Below, piece by piece: positions 20,442-30,518 of a stretch of DNA of 64,000 nt; position 1 is the stretch's first letter, and every line of letters starts with the position of its first letter. Location: positions 948-64,947 of the forward strand of contig JAHYJD010000008.1 in NCBI GenBank assembly GCA_019429365.1, given 5' to 3'. Source of the DNA: Bacteroidales bacterium. GTDB taxonomy: Bacteria; Bacteroidota; Bacteroidia; Bacteroidales; UBA7960. The position numbers and the translations under genes were made by a program. The notes under the pieces are model-generated. The model saw nothing but the letters and a program-made list of their open reading frames with translations. It had not been told where the DNA came from and searched no databases.

Positions 20442-20690
20442 ATTGTTAATAACTTTTCGCCCTCTAAAGACACTATTTTAAAGAAAAAAATCGTAAACAA
20501 CTGATAATCAATGAAAAATACATGTAACGCATTTACACTCAAAACACATGTTTTTGGAATACAGATTATTAGCTATTGCGGTGTTTTTTCTTGAATAATC
20601 CTTAATTTTGCAACTGGGTAAGTGTTTTCTGAGGTGAGCCTCACAAAAACCGATACCCGGAACCCCGGCGTTTTTATAATTTTTAAGACC

Positions 20691-21560
20691 ATGTCAGACA
20701 GTCAGTTGACGGAAGAAAGTGAAGAGATCAGGGATTTTCTAAATGTGGACAGTGTTTTCCGCAAAAAAGGCAGAAAGATTTATCCTTACATTCCTGGGTT
20801 CTTGATACGTTACATTGCGCGCATTGTGCATCAGGATGAACTGAATGCGGCCATTAAGCGGCTGCATCACAAAAAGAACCTGGAATTTCTCGAGCATGTT
20901 CTTCTGAATGAATTTGGAGTGGAGATAGTGGTAAGGCATTTTGAAAACCTGCCAACCGACGGAAGGTTTATCGTAGCTGGTAATCACCCACTTGGGGGTA
21001 TGGATGGCATGGCTTTGATGCATATAGTTGGGAAGAAGCGGCCCGATTTGAAATTTCTGGCCAACGATATTTTGCTTGAAATACCCAATTTGCGCGAGTT
21101 GTTTGTGCCCGTAAATAAGCATGGCCGCAGCACCCATGAAACAGTGCGCATAATGGATGAGCTTTTCAGCTCAGATGATGTGGTACTTGTTTTTCCGGCA
21201 GGGCTGGTTTCGCGCAAGCAAAAGGGTGGTATTTCCGACCTCGACTGGAAAAAGACCTTCATTACCAAAGCCATTAATTACCAGCGTGATATTGTTCCGG
21301 TACACATCGATGGCGAAAATTCACAGTTTTTTTACAACCTTGCCCGCTGGCGTAAGCGGCTCAGGGTCAAGGCAAACATTGAGATGCTTTACCTGCCCGA
21401 TGAAATGTTCAAGCAGAAAGGGAAAAAAATTACGATTACCTTTGGTGAACCTGTATCATATGCTACCTTTACAAGAGCGTTAACCCATCAGCAATGGGCT
21501 GACCGCATGAAAGCACACGTTTACGGTTTGCCGGGGGGTAACTTGCAGTTTAAATTTTAA
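20691..21560 (+). CDS. PlsC/OlsA-like acyltransferase (candidate lyso-aminolipid O-acyltransferase, GlsA-like)
   Basis: HX4D motif (NHPLGGMD). Adjacent to the OlsB/GlsB-like N-acyltransferase. ATG at 20691 is preferred over the track's GTG at 20622. Confidence 0.65.
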   Translation: MSDSQLTEESEEIRDFLNVDSVFRKKGRKIYPYIPGFLIRYIARIVHQDELNAAIKRLHHKKNLEFLEHVLLNEFGVEIVVRHFENLPTDGRFIVAGNHPLGGMDGMALMHIVGKKRPDLKFLANDILLEIPNLRELFVPVNKHGRSTHETVRIMDELFSSDDVVLVFPAGLVSRKQKGGISDLDWKKTFITKAINYQRDIVPVHIDGENSQFFYNLARWRKRLRVKANIEMLYLPDEMFKQKGKKITITFGEPVSYATFTRALTHQQWADRMKAHVYGLPGGNLQFKF

Positions 21561-21584
21561 GGATCCAAAAATGGAGAAAGAAAT

Positions 21585-22532
21585 ATGAAGGAGCTGGAAG
21601 ATGGTCTGATCCCACCCGTAGGCAGGGATCTGCTAAAGGCTGAACTTACCAGGGAGCGTTTTCTGCGAAATACAAACAATGCTTCCAATGAAATATATGT
21701 AGTGAATGCCCACAATTCGCCCAATGTAATGCGCGAAATTGGCAGGCTGCGCGAACTTTCTTTTCGTACCGCCGGCGGAGGTACTGGCAAGGCGCTCGAC
21801 ATTGATCATTACGATACCGATGTCAACCCCTATGAGCAGCTCCTCGTTTGGGATCCGGCAGCCGAGGAGATTCTCGGAGGTTACAGGTATATCATTTGCA
21901 AAAATGCCCCTGTCGACAGCCTGGGCGTTCCCAAACTCGCCACATCGGGCATGTTCCGGTTTTCTGAAAAATTCCTTTCTGAATATATGCCCTACACCAT
22001 TGAGCTGGGTCGCTCCTTTGTTCAGCCAGCCTATCAACCCGCCCGCGAAAATCGCAAAAGCATATATTCGCTGGATAATTTGTGGGATGGTTTGGGTACG
22101 CTGATGGTTGACCATCCGGATGTGCGCTACTTTTTCGGAAAAGTGACCATGTACACCCATTTCAATATTTATGCCCGCGACCTTATCCTCTATTTCCTGG
22201 GAAGGTTTTTTCCCGATCCCGATAAACTGGTTTATCCTTTAAAGCCCATCAACCTCAAAACTCCTGTAGAAAAGCTGGAGAAGGTTTTTACCGCCGATAC
22301 CCTGGAGGAAAACTATAAACTTTTATCAAAAGAGGTTAGAAAGCTCAAGGAGAATATTCCGCCGCTTATCAGTGCTTACAGTGGTCTCAGTTCAACCATG
22401 AAAACCTTTGGAACAGCTATTAACGAGGAGTTTGGCGGTGTGGAGGAAACAGGCATTTTAATTACCATTGCCGACATTCATGAGGGAAAAATTGAGCGTT
22501 ATGTAAGGAATTACATCGATTCAAGAAAATGA
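21585..22532 (+). CDS. OlsB/GlsB-like GNAT-fold N-acyltransferase (hemolysin-like aminolipid synthase)
   Basis: The N-terminal region (EIGRLRELSFRTAGGGTGK..DID.YD) matches what I remember of this family. Paired with an acyltransferase 24 nt upstream. Confidence 0.6.
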   Translation: MKELEDGLIPPVGRDLLKAELTRERFLRNTNNASNEIYVVNAHNSPNVMREIGRLRELSFRTAGGGTGKALDIDHYDTDVNPYEQLLVWDPAAEEILGGYRYIICKNAPVDSLGVPKLATSGMFRFSEKFLSEYMPYTIELGRSFVQPAYQPARENRKSIYSLDNLWDGLGTLMVDHPDVRYFFGKVTMYTHFNIYARDLILYFLGRFFPDPDKLVYPLKPINLKTPVEKLEKVFTADTLEENYKLLSKEVRKLKENIPPLISAYSGLSSTMKTFGTAINEEFGGVEETGILITIADIHEGKIERYVRNYIDSRK

Positions 22533-22574
22533 AACTAATTCTCGCCAGGATTTCCTGGTTGGTAAACAATAGAG

Positions 22575-23189
22575 ATGATAATCCGCACGGCCGAATTTAT
22601 TAAAAGTTCACCCTCGTTGAGCGAGTGTCCTGAATCAACGCTTCCTGAATATGCTTTTATCGGGAGGTCTAATGTGGGCAAGTCTTCGCTTATTAACATG
22701 ATCACAGGTCATGGTAAGCTGGCCAAGATTTCCGGCACCCCTGGCAAAACCCAGCTAATCAATCATTTTCTGATTAACGAATCGTGGTTTCTTACCGACT
22801 TGCCCGGCTTTGGCTTTGCAAAAGTGCCCTTAAAGATCAAGCGTAAGTGGGATAATATGATTCGCAACTTTTTGCTGAAGCGCTCCAACCTGGTTTGTTC
22901 CTTTTTATTGATTGACATAAGGCACGAACCTCAGAAAAACGACCTTGAATTTATGGCCTGGATGGCTGGCAGGCAAATACCCTTTTACATTGTTTTCACC
23001 AAGGCCGATAAACTTTCTCATAACCAGCGACAATCGGCCGTGGCGCAATATATGAAAGTGCTGTCGCAACAATGGGAACCACTTCCGCCTCATGTAATTA
23101 CGAGCAGTGAAGCCAACCTTGGCCGCGAAGAGTTGCTCGCCCTGATAGAATCATTCAACCAGAGCTCTGTGGCTGAAGGCCTGGGCTAA
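22575..23189 (+). CDS. engB: Ribosome biogenesis GTPase YihA/EngB
   Basis: GRSNVGKSSLIN P-loop, DLPGFG and TKADK motifs. Confidence 0.92.
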   Translation: MIIRTAEFIKSSPSLSECPESTLPEYAFIGRSNVGKSSLINMITGHGKLAKISGTPGKTQLINHFLINESWFLTDLPGFGFAKVPLKIKRKWDNMIRNFLLKRSNLVCSFLLIDIRHEPQKNDLEFMAWMAGRQIPFYIVFTKADKLSHNQRQSAVAQYMKVLSQQWEPLPPHVITSSEANLGREELLALIESFNQSSVAEGLG

Positions 23190-24209
23190 TCAGGGCCTGA
23201 ATCCTGAACGGCTCAGAATCTTTTGCGAATCATTCTCCCTGAATAAGTCCTGCAGGCTTAGATCCTGATTTTTCTTCATATACTCCCTTACTATTTGCCA
23301 GCCAATAAATGCTGCCGTTCGCGGAGGCGCGTTGCGGGTAAATGGTGCAGTAAAAGGGGCATCGCCAATAAACTTAATGATAATTTGCCGGTCGCTTGAA
23401 TAGAGCATTTCGTTCTCAAGAAAATACGACCAGACGCGCCCCACATTGGCTTGCAACCAACGGAGCTGCTCGTTGCTATAGGCAATTTTCAGGGTGTCGT
23501 GATGCTGCGGCAGCATACAATCGAGAAAATACAGCACCTTGCCTTCGTAAATCATAAAGTCGAGAAAGCGCTCAGGCATGGCAGTAACTTCCTGCAGGTG
23601 CTTCTCTCCCAGCATTTTCATCACATCGATGGCCACAAAAGGCGGCTGCATGCCAAAAGTCTGGTAAGCCGGCACCCCAACCTTAGGGTAATAATGATAG
23701 TCTTGGCCAAGGTACATATCGAGGCCAATTACCATAGTGTTTTCGTAATACTTAACAGGATAGTTGTAGTCGAGTCCCGAAATGTAGGTAAAGACCCCGG
23801 GCAAGGGTTGATTCGGATAATGGTACCTGTAGTACCTGAAGGCCGTGGTAAGCTCTTTCTCCAGGTTTTCCACATCGGGCCATACCTCCCGTGTGTCGAG
23901 GTATAGTTCGCGGGTTTGCGGATCGGTAATATAATCGAACAACTGCTGCTGGCCGGCTTCAGTATTAATTTCATCACCCAAAAAAATAAAAAAGCGGTCG
24001 ATGTAGGGACCGATATCTTCCCTGAGGGCGTATGGGTTGAGGTTGAAAAGCACTTCTTCATATCGCCCAATAGAAACAGCATCGATGCTGATGTCCGATA
24101 TATCGGCCTGGTAATGAGGTTTTTTTCCAAAACCGCCACACGAAGAAAGGCTCAGGGTTATTACAAACAATAAGGTGACAAGAGAAACTAAGCGGGCTTT
24201 AATTTTCAT
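23190..24209 (-). CDS. gldB: GldB-like gliding-motility-associated lipoprotein
   Basis: Lipobox LSLSSC. The C-terminal pattern YFLENEMLYS...FIGDAPF...IGWQIVREYMKKN matches my recollection of GldB. Confidence 0.65.
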   Translation of the reverse strand: MKIKARLVSLVTLLFVITLSLSSCGGFGKKPHYQADISDISIDAVSIGRYEEVLFNLNPYALREDIGPYIDRFFIFLGDEINTEAGQQQLFDYITDPQTRELYLDTREVWPDVENLEKELTTAFRYYRYHYPNQPLPGVFTYISGLDYNYPVKYYENTMVIGLDMYLGQDYHYYPKVGVPAYQTFGMQPPFVAIDVMKMLGEKHLQEVTAMPERFLDFMIYEGKVLYFLDCMLPQHHDTLKIAYSNEQLRWLQANVGRVWSYFLENEMLYSSDRQIIIKFIGDAPFTAPFTRNAPPRTAAFIGWQIVREYMKKNQDLSLQDLFRENDSQKILSRSGFRP

Positions 24210-24314
24210 GCTGGTAAAAGAATTTTTGGTTTAAATGCCAAAACTAGGGTTTTGAAAGCGCAAAAAAATAAAAAATAATGGTTAATATTGTATGTAATTA
24301 TAAATGTCAAAATT

Positions 24315-24986
24315 ATGAAAAAATTACTCTTATCGGTTTTATTGGTAGCAATGCTGGCTCCTATGGCGCTGGCTGTTGATATGGGTGGGTTTCGCTTTGG
24401 TTTAAAAGCATCGCCTTCAGTGGCTTGGATGAAGCCCGAAACCAGTGGTTATGAGCCGGATGGAGTTCGCATTGGTTTTTCTTATGGCTTTATTAGCGAT
24501 GTGGCCTTGGGCGATTTTTATTCCTTCTCTACGGGATTGAATATAAATATTATTGGCGGAAAACTGTTGTATCCGGAAATATTAGCACCCACCGAACCCG
24601 CTGTTACGTTGAGCAGGAATTATAATCTGCAATATCTTGAAATTCCTCTAACCATAAAAATGCATACCCAGGAAATAGGCTACCTGACCTATTACGGTCG
24701 GTTTGGTTTTGGGGCAGGTGTCAATTTGCGGTCCAAATCAAAAGACAGTTATAATAACGTTACCATTGAACAGGATGACATAAAAGGCGATACCCGCCTG
24801 TTTCGCGCCTCACTCATAGTGGGTCTTGGAGTAGAGTATTCGCTGGGTGGCAAAACTGCATTGGTTGGCGGGGTGACCTTCAACAATGGCTTCACCAATG
24901 TGCTGAAAGGCACCAATGAAGCCCTGAACAGGAAACCCAGCGCCATCAATAATTTCCTGGAACTCACTTTAGGCATAATGTTCTAA
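24315..24986 (+). CDS. Outer-membrane beta-barrel protein (porin/OmpA-barrel-like family)
   Basis: Signal peptide MKKLLLSVLLVAMLAPMALA, alternating beta-strand pattern and a C-terminal aromatic residue (..LGIMF). Confidence 0.7.
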   Translation: MKKLLLSVLLVAMLAPMALAVDMGGFRFGLKASPSVAWMKPETSGYEPDGVRIGFSYGFISDVALGDFYSFSTGLNINIIGGKLLYPEILAPTEPAVTLSRNYNLQYLEIPLTIKMHTQEIGYLTYYGRFGFGAGVNLRSKSKDSYNNVTIEQDDIKGDTRLFRASLIVGLGVEYSLGGKTALVGGVTFNNGFTNVLKGTNEALNRKPSAINNFLELTLGIMF

Positions 24987-24996
24987 ATTATAACTG

Positions 24997-26643
24997 ATGA
25001 AAATAGCCCTTGCCCAGCTAAATTATATTGTAGGGCATTTTGAGCATAATACACGTTTAATGATCGATGCCCTGGCTCAAGCACAAAGCCGGGGCGTTGA
25101 TTTAATAGTGTTTTCCGAACTTTCGGTATGCGGGTATCCGCCGCGCGATTTGCTCGAAATGGATCACTTTATTGATCAGTGCGAAGCGGCCGTTAAAAAA
25201 ATTGCCGGGCACTGCCAGGGTATCGCCGCAATTGTGGGTGGTCCCAGCCGCAATGCACAAACCTTTGGAAAAAGGCTGCTGAACTCGGCTTTCCTTTTAA
25301 GCAATGGTGCAGTGGAAGAGGTTTATCACAAAGGCCTTCTGCCTACCTACGATGTGTTTGACGAATACCGATACTTCGAGCCGGCAACCACTTTCAAAAC
25401 CATCCTCTTTCAGGGGAAAAGGATTGCCCTGACCATTTGTGAGGACTTGTGGAACCTCGATGAACCAGCGCTATATCGCATTAGTCCCATGGATGAACTT
25501 ATAAAGGAAAAGCCTGATTTAATGATCAATATCTCGGCTTCGCCTTTTGCCTGGAGCCATTTGGCCGACCGCCATTTTACCTTCAGCGAAAACGCCCGAA
25601 AGTATAAACTGCCCTTATTTGTTTCCAACCAAATGGGTGGACATACCGAGCTTCTGTTCGACGGAAAGTCGGCTGCCTACAATTCGCAGGGTGGACTGGT
25701 GGGCTTTATCGATTCCTTTAAAGAAGGTATAAAGATATTTGACCTTGAAGAGGTGGCTGAAAGCAAAGTGCCGGCTTCTGTGCTCTCTTTAAGCGAAAGC
25801 GAAAAAAACGACATCATTTATAAGGCCCTGGTGTTTGGAATCAAAGAGTATTTTGGCAAGCTGGGGCTGAAAAAAGCCATTCTGGGTTTGTCGGGCGGAC
25901 TCGACTCGGCCCTTACCCTGGTGCTTGCGGCCGAGGCCCTCGGACCTGAAAACTGTCGTGCGGTGCTGCTTCCCGGCCCTTTCAGCAGCAACCACTCTGT
26001 GGCCGATGCCGAACAACTTGCCTGCAACCTGGGTGTGCCTTACGATATTATTTCAATAAATGAAACCGTGGATGCCCTGCAACAATCGCTCGGGCCTTAC
26101 TTTAAAGGAACCCCGGCAGGAATTGCCGAGGAAAACCTGCAAGCAAGAGCCAGGGCAGTTATCCTTATGGGGCTGGCCAATAAATTCGGGTATGTGTTGC
26201 TAAACACCTCCAACAAGAGTGAAACGGCCGTGGGTTATGGCACCCTGTACGGCGATATGTGTGGCGGGTTGGCCGTAATCGGCGACATATACAAAACCGA
26301 AGCCTACAGCCTGGCGCGTTTTATCAACCGCGAAAAGGAAATCATTCCGGCTAATACTATCGACAAGCCCCCTTCGGCCGAGTTAAAACCCGATCAGCGC
26401 GACACCGACTCACTTCCGCCTTACGAAATACTGGATGATATTCTTCAAAAATATATTGAGAAAAAAATGTCGGCTGCACAGATTGCTGCCAGCGGACATG
26501 ACCCTGAGCTGGTAGAAAAGGTTTTGCGAATGGTCAATAATAATGAATACAAGCGGCATCAAACCCCGCCTATTCTGCGGGTATCGAAAAAAGCCTTTGG
26601 CAGCGGCCGCAAAATGCCCCTGGTGGGCAGGTTCCCTGAATAA
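24997..26643 (+). CDS. nadE: Glutamine-dependent NAD+ synthetase
   Basis: N-terminal nitrilase/CN-hydrolase domain plus a synthetase domain with the SGGLDS PP-loop. Confidence 0.93.
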   Translation: MKIALAQLNYIVGHFEHNTRLMIDALAQAQSRGVDLIVFSELSVCGYPPRDLLEMDHFIDQCEAAVKKIAGHCQGIAAIVGGPSRNAQTFGKRLLNSAFLLSNGAVEEVYHKGLLPTYDVFDEYRYFEPATTFKTILFQGKRIALTICEDLWNLDEPALYRISPMDELIKEKPDLMINISASPFAWSHLADRHFTFSENARKYKLPLFVSNQMGGHTELLFDGKSAAYNSQGGLVGFIDSFKEGIKIFDLEEVAESKVPASVLSLSESEKNDIIYKALVFGIKEYFGKLGLKKAILGLSGGLDSALTLVLAAEALGPENCRAVLLPGPFSSNHSVADAEQLACNLGVPYDIISINETVDALQQSLGPYFKGTPAGIAEENLQARARAVILMGLANKFGYVLLNTSNKSETAVGYGTLYGDMCGGLAVIGDIYKTEAYSLARFINREKEIIPANTIDKPPSAELKPDQRDTDSLPPYEILDDILQKYIEKKMSAAQIAASGHDPELVEKVLRMVNNNEYKRHQTPPILRVSKKAFGSGRKMPLVGRFPE

Positions 26644-26646
26644 AAA

Positions 26647-26681
26647 GAGAGGCTGAAAATTTTGCTTTCAGCCCCTCTTTT
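26647..26681. terminator. Bidirectional terminator between convergent nadE and nfu
   Basis: GGCTGAAA (26651-58) pairs with TTTCAGCC (26666-73), extended by AGAG/CTCT. An A-run lies before it and a T-run after it. Confidence 0.65.
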
Positions 26682-26696
26682 GCATTTCTTAATTGC

Positions 26697-26936
26697 TTAT
26701 ACGGCTTCTACGGCCTTGATTTCGGGGATGGCCTTTTTCATGGCTTGTTCCACGCCGTTTTTCAGCGTCATGGTGCTCATGGGGCAGGAGCCGCATGCGC
26801 CAAGCAATTCAACGTTAACTACATTGTCATCTGTTAATTCAACAAAGCGGATATTGCCGCCATCGGCCTGCAGATAAGGGCGAATCTGGTCAATAACATT
26901 CTCCACTTTTTTAATTAATTCAACATTCTGGTTCAT
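26697..26936 (-). CDS. NifU-like (Nfu C-terminal domain) Fe-S cluster carrier
   Basis: CGSCPMS motif, 79 aa. Confidence 0.85.
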   Translation of the reverse strand: MNQNVELIKKVENVIDQIRPYLQADGGNIRFVELTDDNVVNVELLGACGSCPMSTMTLKNGVEQAMKKAIPEIKAVEAV

Positions 26937-26970
26937 GGAAACGGGTTTTTATGGTTTATTAAATTTCTTT

Positions 26971-28068
26971 TTAAACTGTTTTTACGGCTTGCAAACCTTC
27001 TTTTTTCGCATTGGAAATGGAGATTTGCTGTGCCAGTTTTTGGGCCAGGCTTTCGAAATAAGGTTTTGCCAGGCTTTGGTCGTTGAGGACTTCGGGCTTG
27101 CCGTTGTCGCCGGCTTCGCGCACCGACTGTATGAGGGGTATCTGCCCCAGCAGCGGCAGGTTCATAGCTTCGGCCATTCTTTTGCCACCTTCTTTGCCGA
27201 AAATGTAATACTTGTTTTCAGGCAGTTCGGCCGGGGAAAACCAGGCCATGTTTTCTACCACACCCAGCACGGGCACGTGTATATTCTCGTTCGAAAACAT
27301 ACTCACCGCCTTTCGGGCGTCGGCCAGGGCCACTTCCTGCGGGGTGGTAACAATAATGGCACCGGTAAGGGGCACGGTTTGCACCAGTGAAAGGTGGATA
27401 TCGCCTGTGCCTGGCGGCAAGTCAACGATCATATAGTCGAGTTCGCCCCAATCGGCATCGGTAAAGAGCTGCTTCAGTGCGCCCGAAGCCATGGGACCCC
27501 GCCAGATCAGCGCCCGCGAAGCATCCACAAAAAAGCCTATGGAAAGCAGGGAAACGCCGTATTTCTTTAGTGGAATGACTTTGGTTTGGCCGTCAATTTC
27601 CACCGCTGAAAGCTGCACGTTCAAGGCTTCGAACATCAAGGGCACAGAAGGCCCGTAAATGTCGGCATCTACCAGGGCTGTCTTGGCTCCGCTGCGTGCC
27701 AGGGTAATGGCCAAATTGGCTGCAATGGTCGATTTGCCCACGCCGCCTTTGCCGCTGGCCACCGCCACAATGTTTTTAACACCTTTAAGCAAAGGCTCAT
27801 CGTTTTTGCGCGTGCTGGTAACCTTGGAAGTGAGGTTTACAGAGACCTCTGCTTCCTTGCTTACCAGCTCGTGAATGGCTTGGATACAGGCATTTTTAAT
27901 GCTCTCCTTCAGGGGGCAGGCCGGGGTAGTTAATACCACAGAGAAACGCACCTGGTTTCCTTCAATCTCCAGGTCGCGAATCATTCCCAGGCTTACCAAA
28001 TCCTTTTTGAGGTCAGGTTCAATAACCTGGCTCAGCGCGTTTAACACTTGTTCCGTTGAGATTTTCAC
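26971..28068 (-). CDS. apbC: Mrp/ApbC/NBP35-family Fe-S cluster carrier ATPase
   Basis: DUF59-like N-terminus, deviant Walker A (SGKGGVGKST) and a GTG start. Confidence 0.9.
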   Translation of the reverse strand: MKISTEQVLNALSQVIEPDLKKDLVSLGMIRDLEIEGNQVRFSVVLTTPACPLKESIKNACIQAIHELVSKEAEVSVNLTSKVTSTRKNDEPLLKGVKNIVAVASGKGGVGKSTIAANLAITLARSGAKTALVDADIYGPSVPLMFEALNVQLSAVEIDGQTKVIPLKKYGVSLLSIGFFVDASRALIWRGPMASGALKQLFTDADWGELDYMIVDLPPGTGDIHLSLVQTVPLTGAIIVTTPQEVALADARKAVSMFSNENIHVPVLGVVENMAWFSPAELPENKYYIFGKEGGKRMAEAMNLPLLGQIPLIQSVREAGDNGKPEVLNDQSLAKPYFESLAQKLAQQISISNAKKEGLQAVKTV

Positions 28069-28146
28069 GGTTATCTTTATTTAGACTGTGTAAAAGTAAT
28101 GCTTTTTTTGCTGTTGCGCAGAAAAATGGGGCAGGAAAAAAGTACT

Positions 28147-28482
28147 TCAATACTTTAATTCGGTAGCCGGATTCCAGAAATGTTTTTTGAAATCTACAAT
28201 CTGGTCATTGTTTACTTTTATGCCTTCTGATTCGAGAAGTTGTTTCATGACATTGGGTCCGCCAAAATGGTGCTTGCCGGTAAGCACGCCGTTGCGGTTT
28301 ACTACCCTGTGTGCCGGAACATAGGTTTCGGTACCGTGCGAGCTGTTCATGGCCCATCCCACCATGCGCGACGAGCCGGCACTTCCCAGGTAGCTGGCAA
28401 TGGCACCGTATGAGGTTACGCGCCCGTAGGGGATCTGCCTCACCACCTCATACACTTTTTCGAAAAAGGAGGGATCAGCCAT
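28147..28482 (-). CDS. Alkyltransferase-like (ATL) protein: MGMT DNA-binding fold without the acceptor cysteine
   Basis: The motif reads PAHRV where MGMT has PCHRV. Size is 111 aa. It overlaps the 3' end of trmB by 8 nt. Confidence 0.75.
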   Translation of the reverse strand: MADPSFFEKVYEVVRQIPYGRVTSYGAIASYLGSAGSSRMVGWAMNSSHGTETYVPAHRVVNRNGVLTGKHHFGGPNVMKQLLESEGIKVNNDQIVDFKKHFWNPATELKY

Positions 28483-29161
28483 TTTGCCTGTAATTGAGCG
28501 AAAAACGCAGGTATTTTATGGGAATGTCTTTGGCCCGGTAAATGCTTTCGTAGTGCGTCTGTGTTTCCTTGATCAGGGGCTCATCTATATTGCCTTTTTC
28601 GTAAAGATCGGACGTATGGTAAATAAGCTGGTGGCCAAGTTGGTCAATAATTTCCAGGGTGTATTCAAACAGTTCGGTACTGTCAGTCTTTAAATGAATA
28701 GGGCTTCCCGGAGCCATTATGCCTTCGTAACGTTCAAGGAATTTTGGAGAAGTGAGCCGCTTCTTCTCTCGCGACTGCCTGGGCTGGGGATCAGGAAAAG
28801 TAATCCAGATGCCTGATATCTCGTTTTGATCAAAAAAGTAGTTAAGCCTTTCGGCTTGGATGCGCAAAAAGGTTGCATTGGAAATTCCTTCTTCCAGTGC
28901 TCGCCTGGCACCTTTCCAAAGGCGCTCACCCTTGATGTCGACACCAATAAAATTAATATTGGGAAACTTGCGGGCCAGCGCCACGGTGTATTCTCCTTTT
29001 CCGCAGCCTATTTCAAGTATAATCGGGTGCTGGTTTTTAAAATATGAGAGGTTCCACTTGCCCTTAAACGAATGATCTTCGACCGGATAACGGTCGTTAG
29101 GCTGAATCACGTTCGCAAAGGTTTCGATCTCGGCAAAACGCTTCAGTTTCTTTTTTCCCAC
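28475..29161 (-). CDS. trmB: tRNA (guanine46-N7)-methyltransferase
   Basis: LEIGCGKGEY SAM motif, FPDPQP-type motif (FPDPQPRQSREKKRL) and a GTG start. Confidence 0.9.
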   Translation of the reverse strand: MGKKKLKRFAEIETFANVIQPNDRYPVEDHSFKGKWNLSYFKNQHPIILEIGCGKGEYTVALARKFPNINFIGVDIKGERLWKGARRALEEGISNATFLRIQAERLNYFFDQNEISGIWITFPDPQPRQSREKKRLTSPKFLERYEGIMAPGSPIHLKTDSTELFEYTLEIIDQLGHQLIYHTSDLYEKGNIDEPLIKETQTHYESIYRAKDIPIKYLRFSLNYRQNG

Positions 29162-29189
29162 GACAAAAACAAAATGATTTGGTCAACAA

Positions 29190-30326
29190 TTAGCGGTGAA
29201 GGATCCAGGCGGTGGAGTTTATATCCTGCTGCACGCGCGGCAGGGCTGCTTCGGCTTCGGCCAGGTCGTAGAAAAAAGCGTAACTGACCCGGTGAAAACC
29301 GCTGGAAGTCCTCATAAAAACGCTTGCCTGGCTGGCGCCTTTGCCCTTGAGTTCTTCAACGAACCGGTTTGCCTGGCCTTCGTCCTGGAAGGCGCCCACT
29401 ACAATATGGTACACTTTACGGCCAGCTTCGGGCCGGGCTGGGGCTGCAGCCGTGGTTTGGGGCGTAGTGGCAACAGGGGCTGCTACGGCAGTTTCTGCAC
29501 TTTCTGTTGTTTCGGCAGGCATTTCGGCGGGTTGCGAGGCGGCAGGAGCAGGGGCTGCAGTCTCAGTTTGGGGTCGCGCAGCCGGGGTCTGGCTCTTTTT
29601 CCCAAAAATAAAGTTCCAGTTGAAAGCCAGAATGATCAATATTACCAGTAATGGAATAATAACCCATGCCAGCCATTTTATTGCAGGCGGCAGGTCCTGC
29701 TTCACAGGTTCCTGGGCAGCAGCCACGGGGGCTATGGGTGCAGGCGTTTCTTCATCAGGTTCTGGAATTGGCTCGGTAGCAGGTGGCGTTTCAACAACTT
29801 CTTCCTCAAATTCAGGCTGGGCCTCTTCTATTATTGGCTCCGGTGCCGGTGGTTCGACAAAAACCGGTTCTTCAGGAACCGGCGGAGGTGGTGCAACGGG
29901 TGGCGGGCTAACCCGGGTCGGTTCGCTGATGGCCCCTAAACCGGCTGAGTCGGCAAGGTAGTTAATGGATTTGTCGGCCTCAAAAGCGACATTGCCTTCG
30001 GCGTCCAGGCTGAAAATGCCCACACGTTCCAACTCTACCTTCTGGCCTGAAGCCAGGGTTTCCTTGATCTCGGAAACAAAGTCATCAATGAATTTTTTTA
30101 CCTGATCTACCTCTTTATGCTCCTTTGAGGCCATATGCACAATCAGGGGGGTGTCGCCTTCCTTCTTTGCGGCATCAAAAGAGATAACCTTCGAGGGCGA
30201 CTCAATTTTTTTCTCTTCCGGGATAAAACGCGCCGGAATGTATTTTGTTGAGAACTCACCAAATCCGGGAAGGGTCACTTGTTCATGGTCGAAAAGCAAT
30301 TCGCTGATGTAGGTTCCGATTTTCAT
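29190..30326 (-). CDS. HU-like N-terminal domain / Pro-rich linker / TM / SPOR-domain protein
   Basis: N-terminus LPGFGEFSTKYIPARF (HU-CCDC81-like), a PPPVAPPPPVPEEP linker, one TM segment, and a C-terminal SPOR-like YHIVVGAFQDEGQANRFVEELK. Confidence 0.7.
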   Translation of the reverse strand: MKIGTYISELLFDHEQVTLPGFGEFSTKYIPARFIPEEKKIESPSKVISFDAAKKEGDTPLIVHMASKEHKEVDQVKKFIDDFVSEIKETLASGQKVELERVGIFSLDAEGNVAFEADKSINYLADSAGLGAISEPTRVSPPPVAPPPPVPEEPVFVEPPAPEPIIEEAQPEFEEEVVETPPATEPIPEPDEETPAPIAPVAAAQEPVKQDLPPAIKWLAWVIIPLLVILIILAFNWNFIFGKKSQTPAARPQTETAAPAPAASQPAEMPAETTESAETAVAAPVATTPQTTAAAPARPEAGRKVYHIVVGAFQDEGQANRFVEELKGKGASQASVFMRTSSGFHRVSYAFFYDLAEAEAALPRVQQDINSTAWILHR

Positions 30327-30518
30327 AGGTGTAAAATTTTTTTCCTGCTATGGCCGGTTTTTGCGGGTTTTTAAAAATAGTCGGGTTTGCCTGCATGGCC
30401 TTCTGTAAACCAGTTATTTCAGTAAACAAAAAGCGCTTTTTTTAAACGTCTAAATTAAGAAAAACTATTTACAATATGTAGATTCTACGCAAAATTGCAG
30501 GCAAAGTTACCCGGTGTT

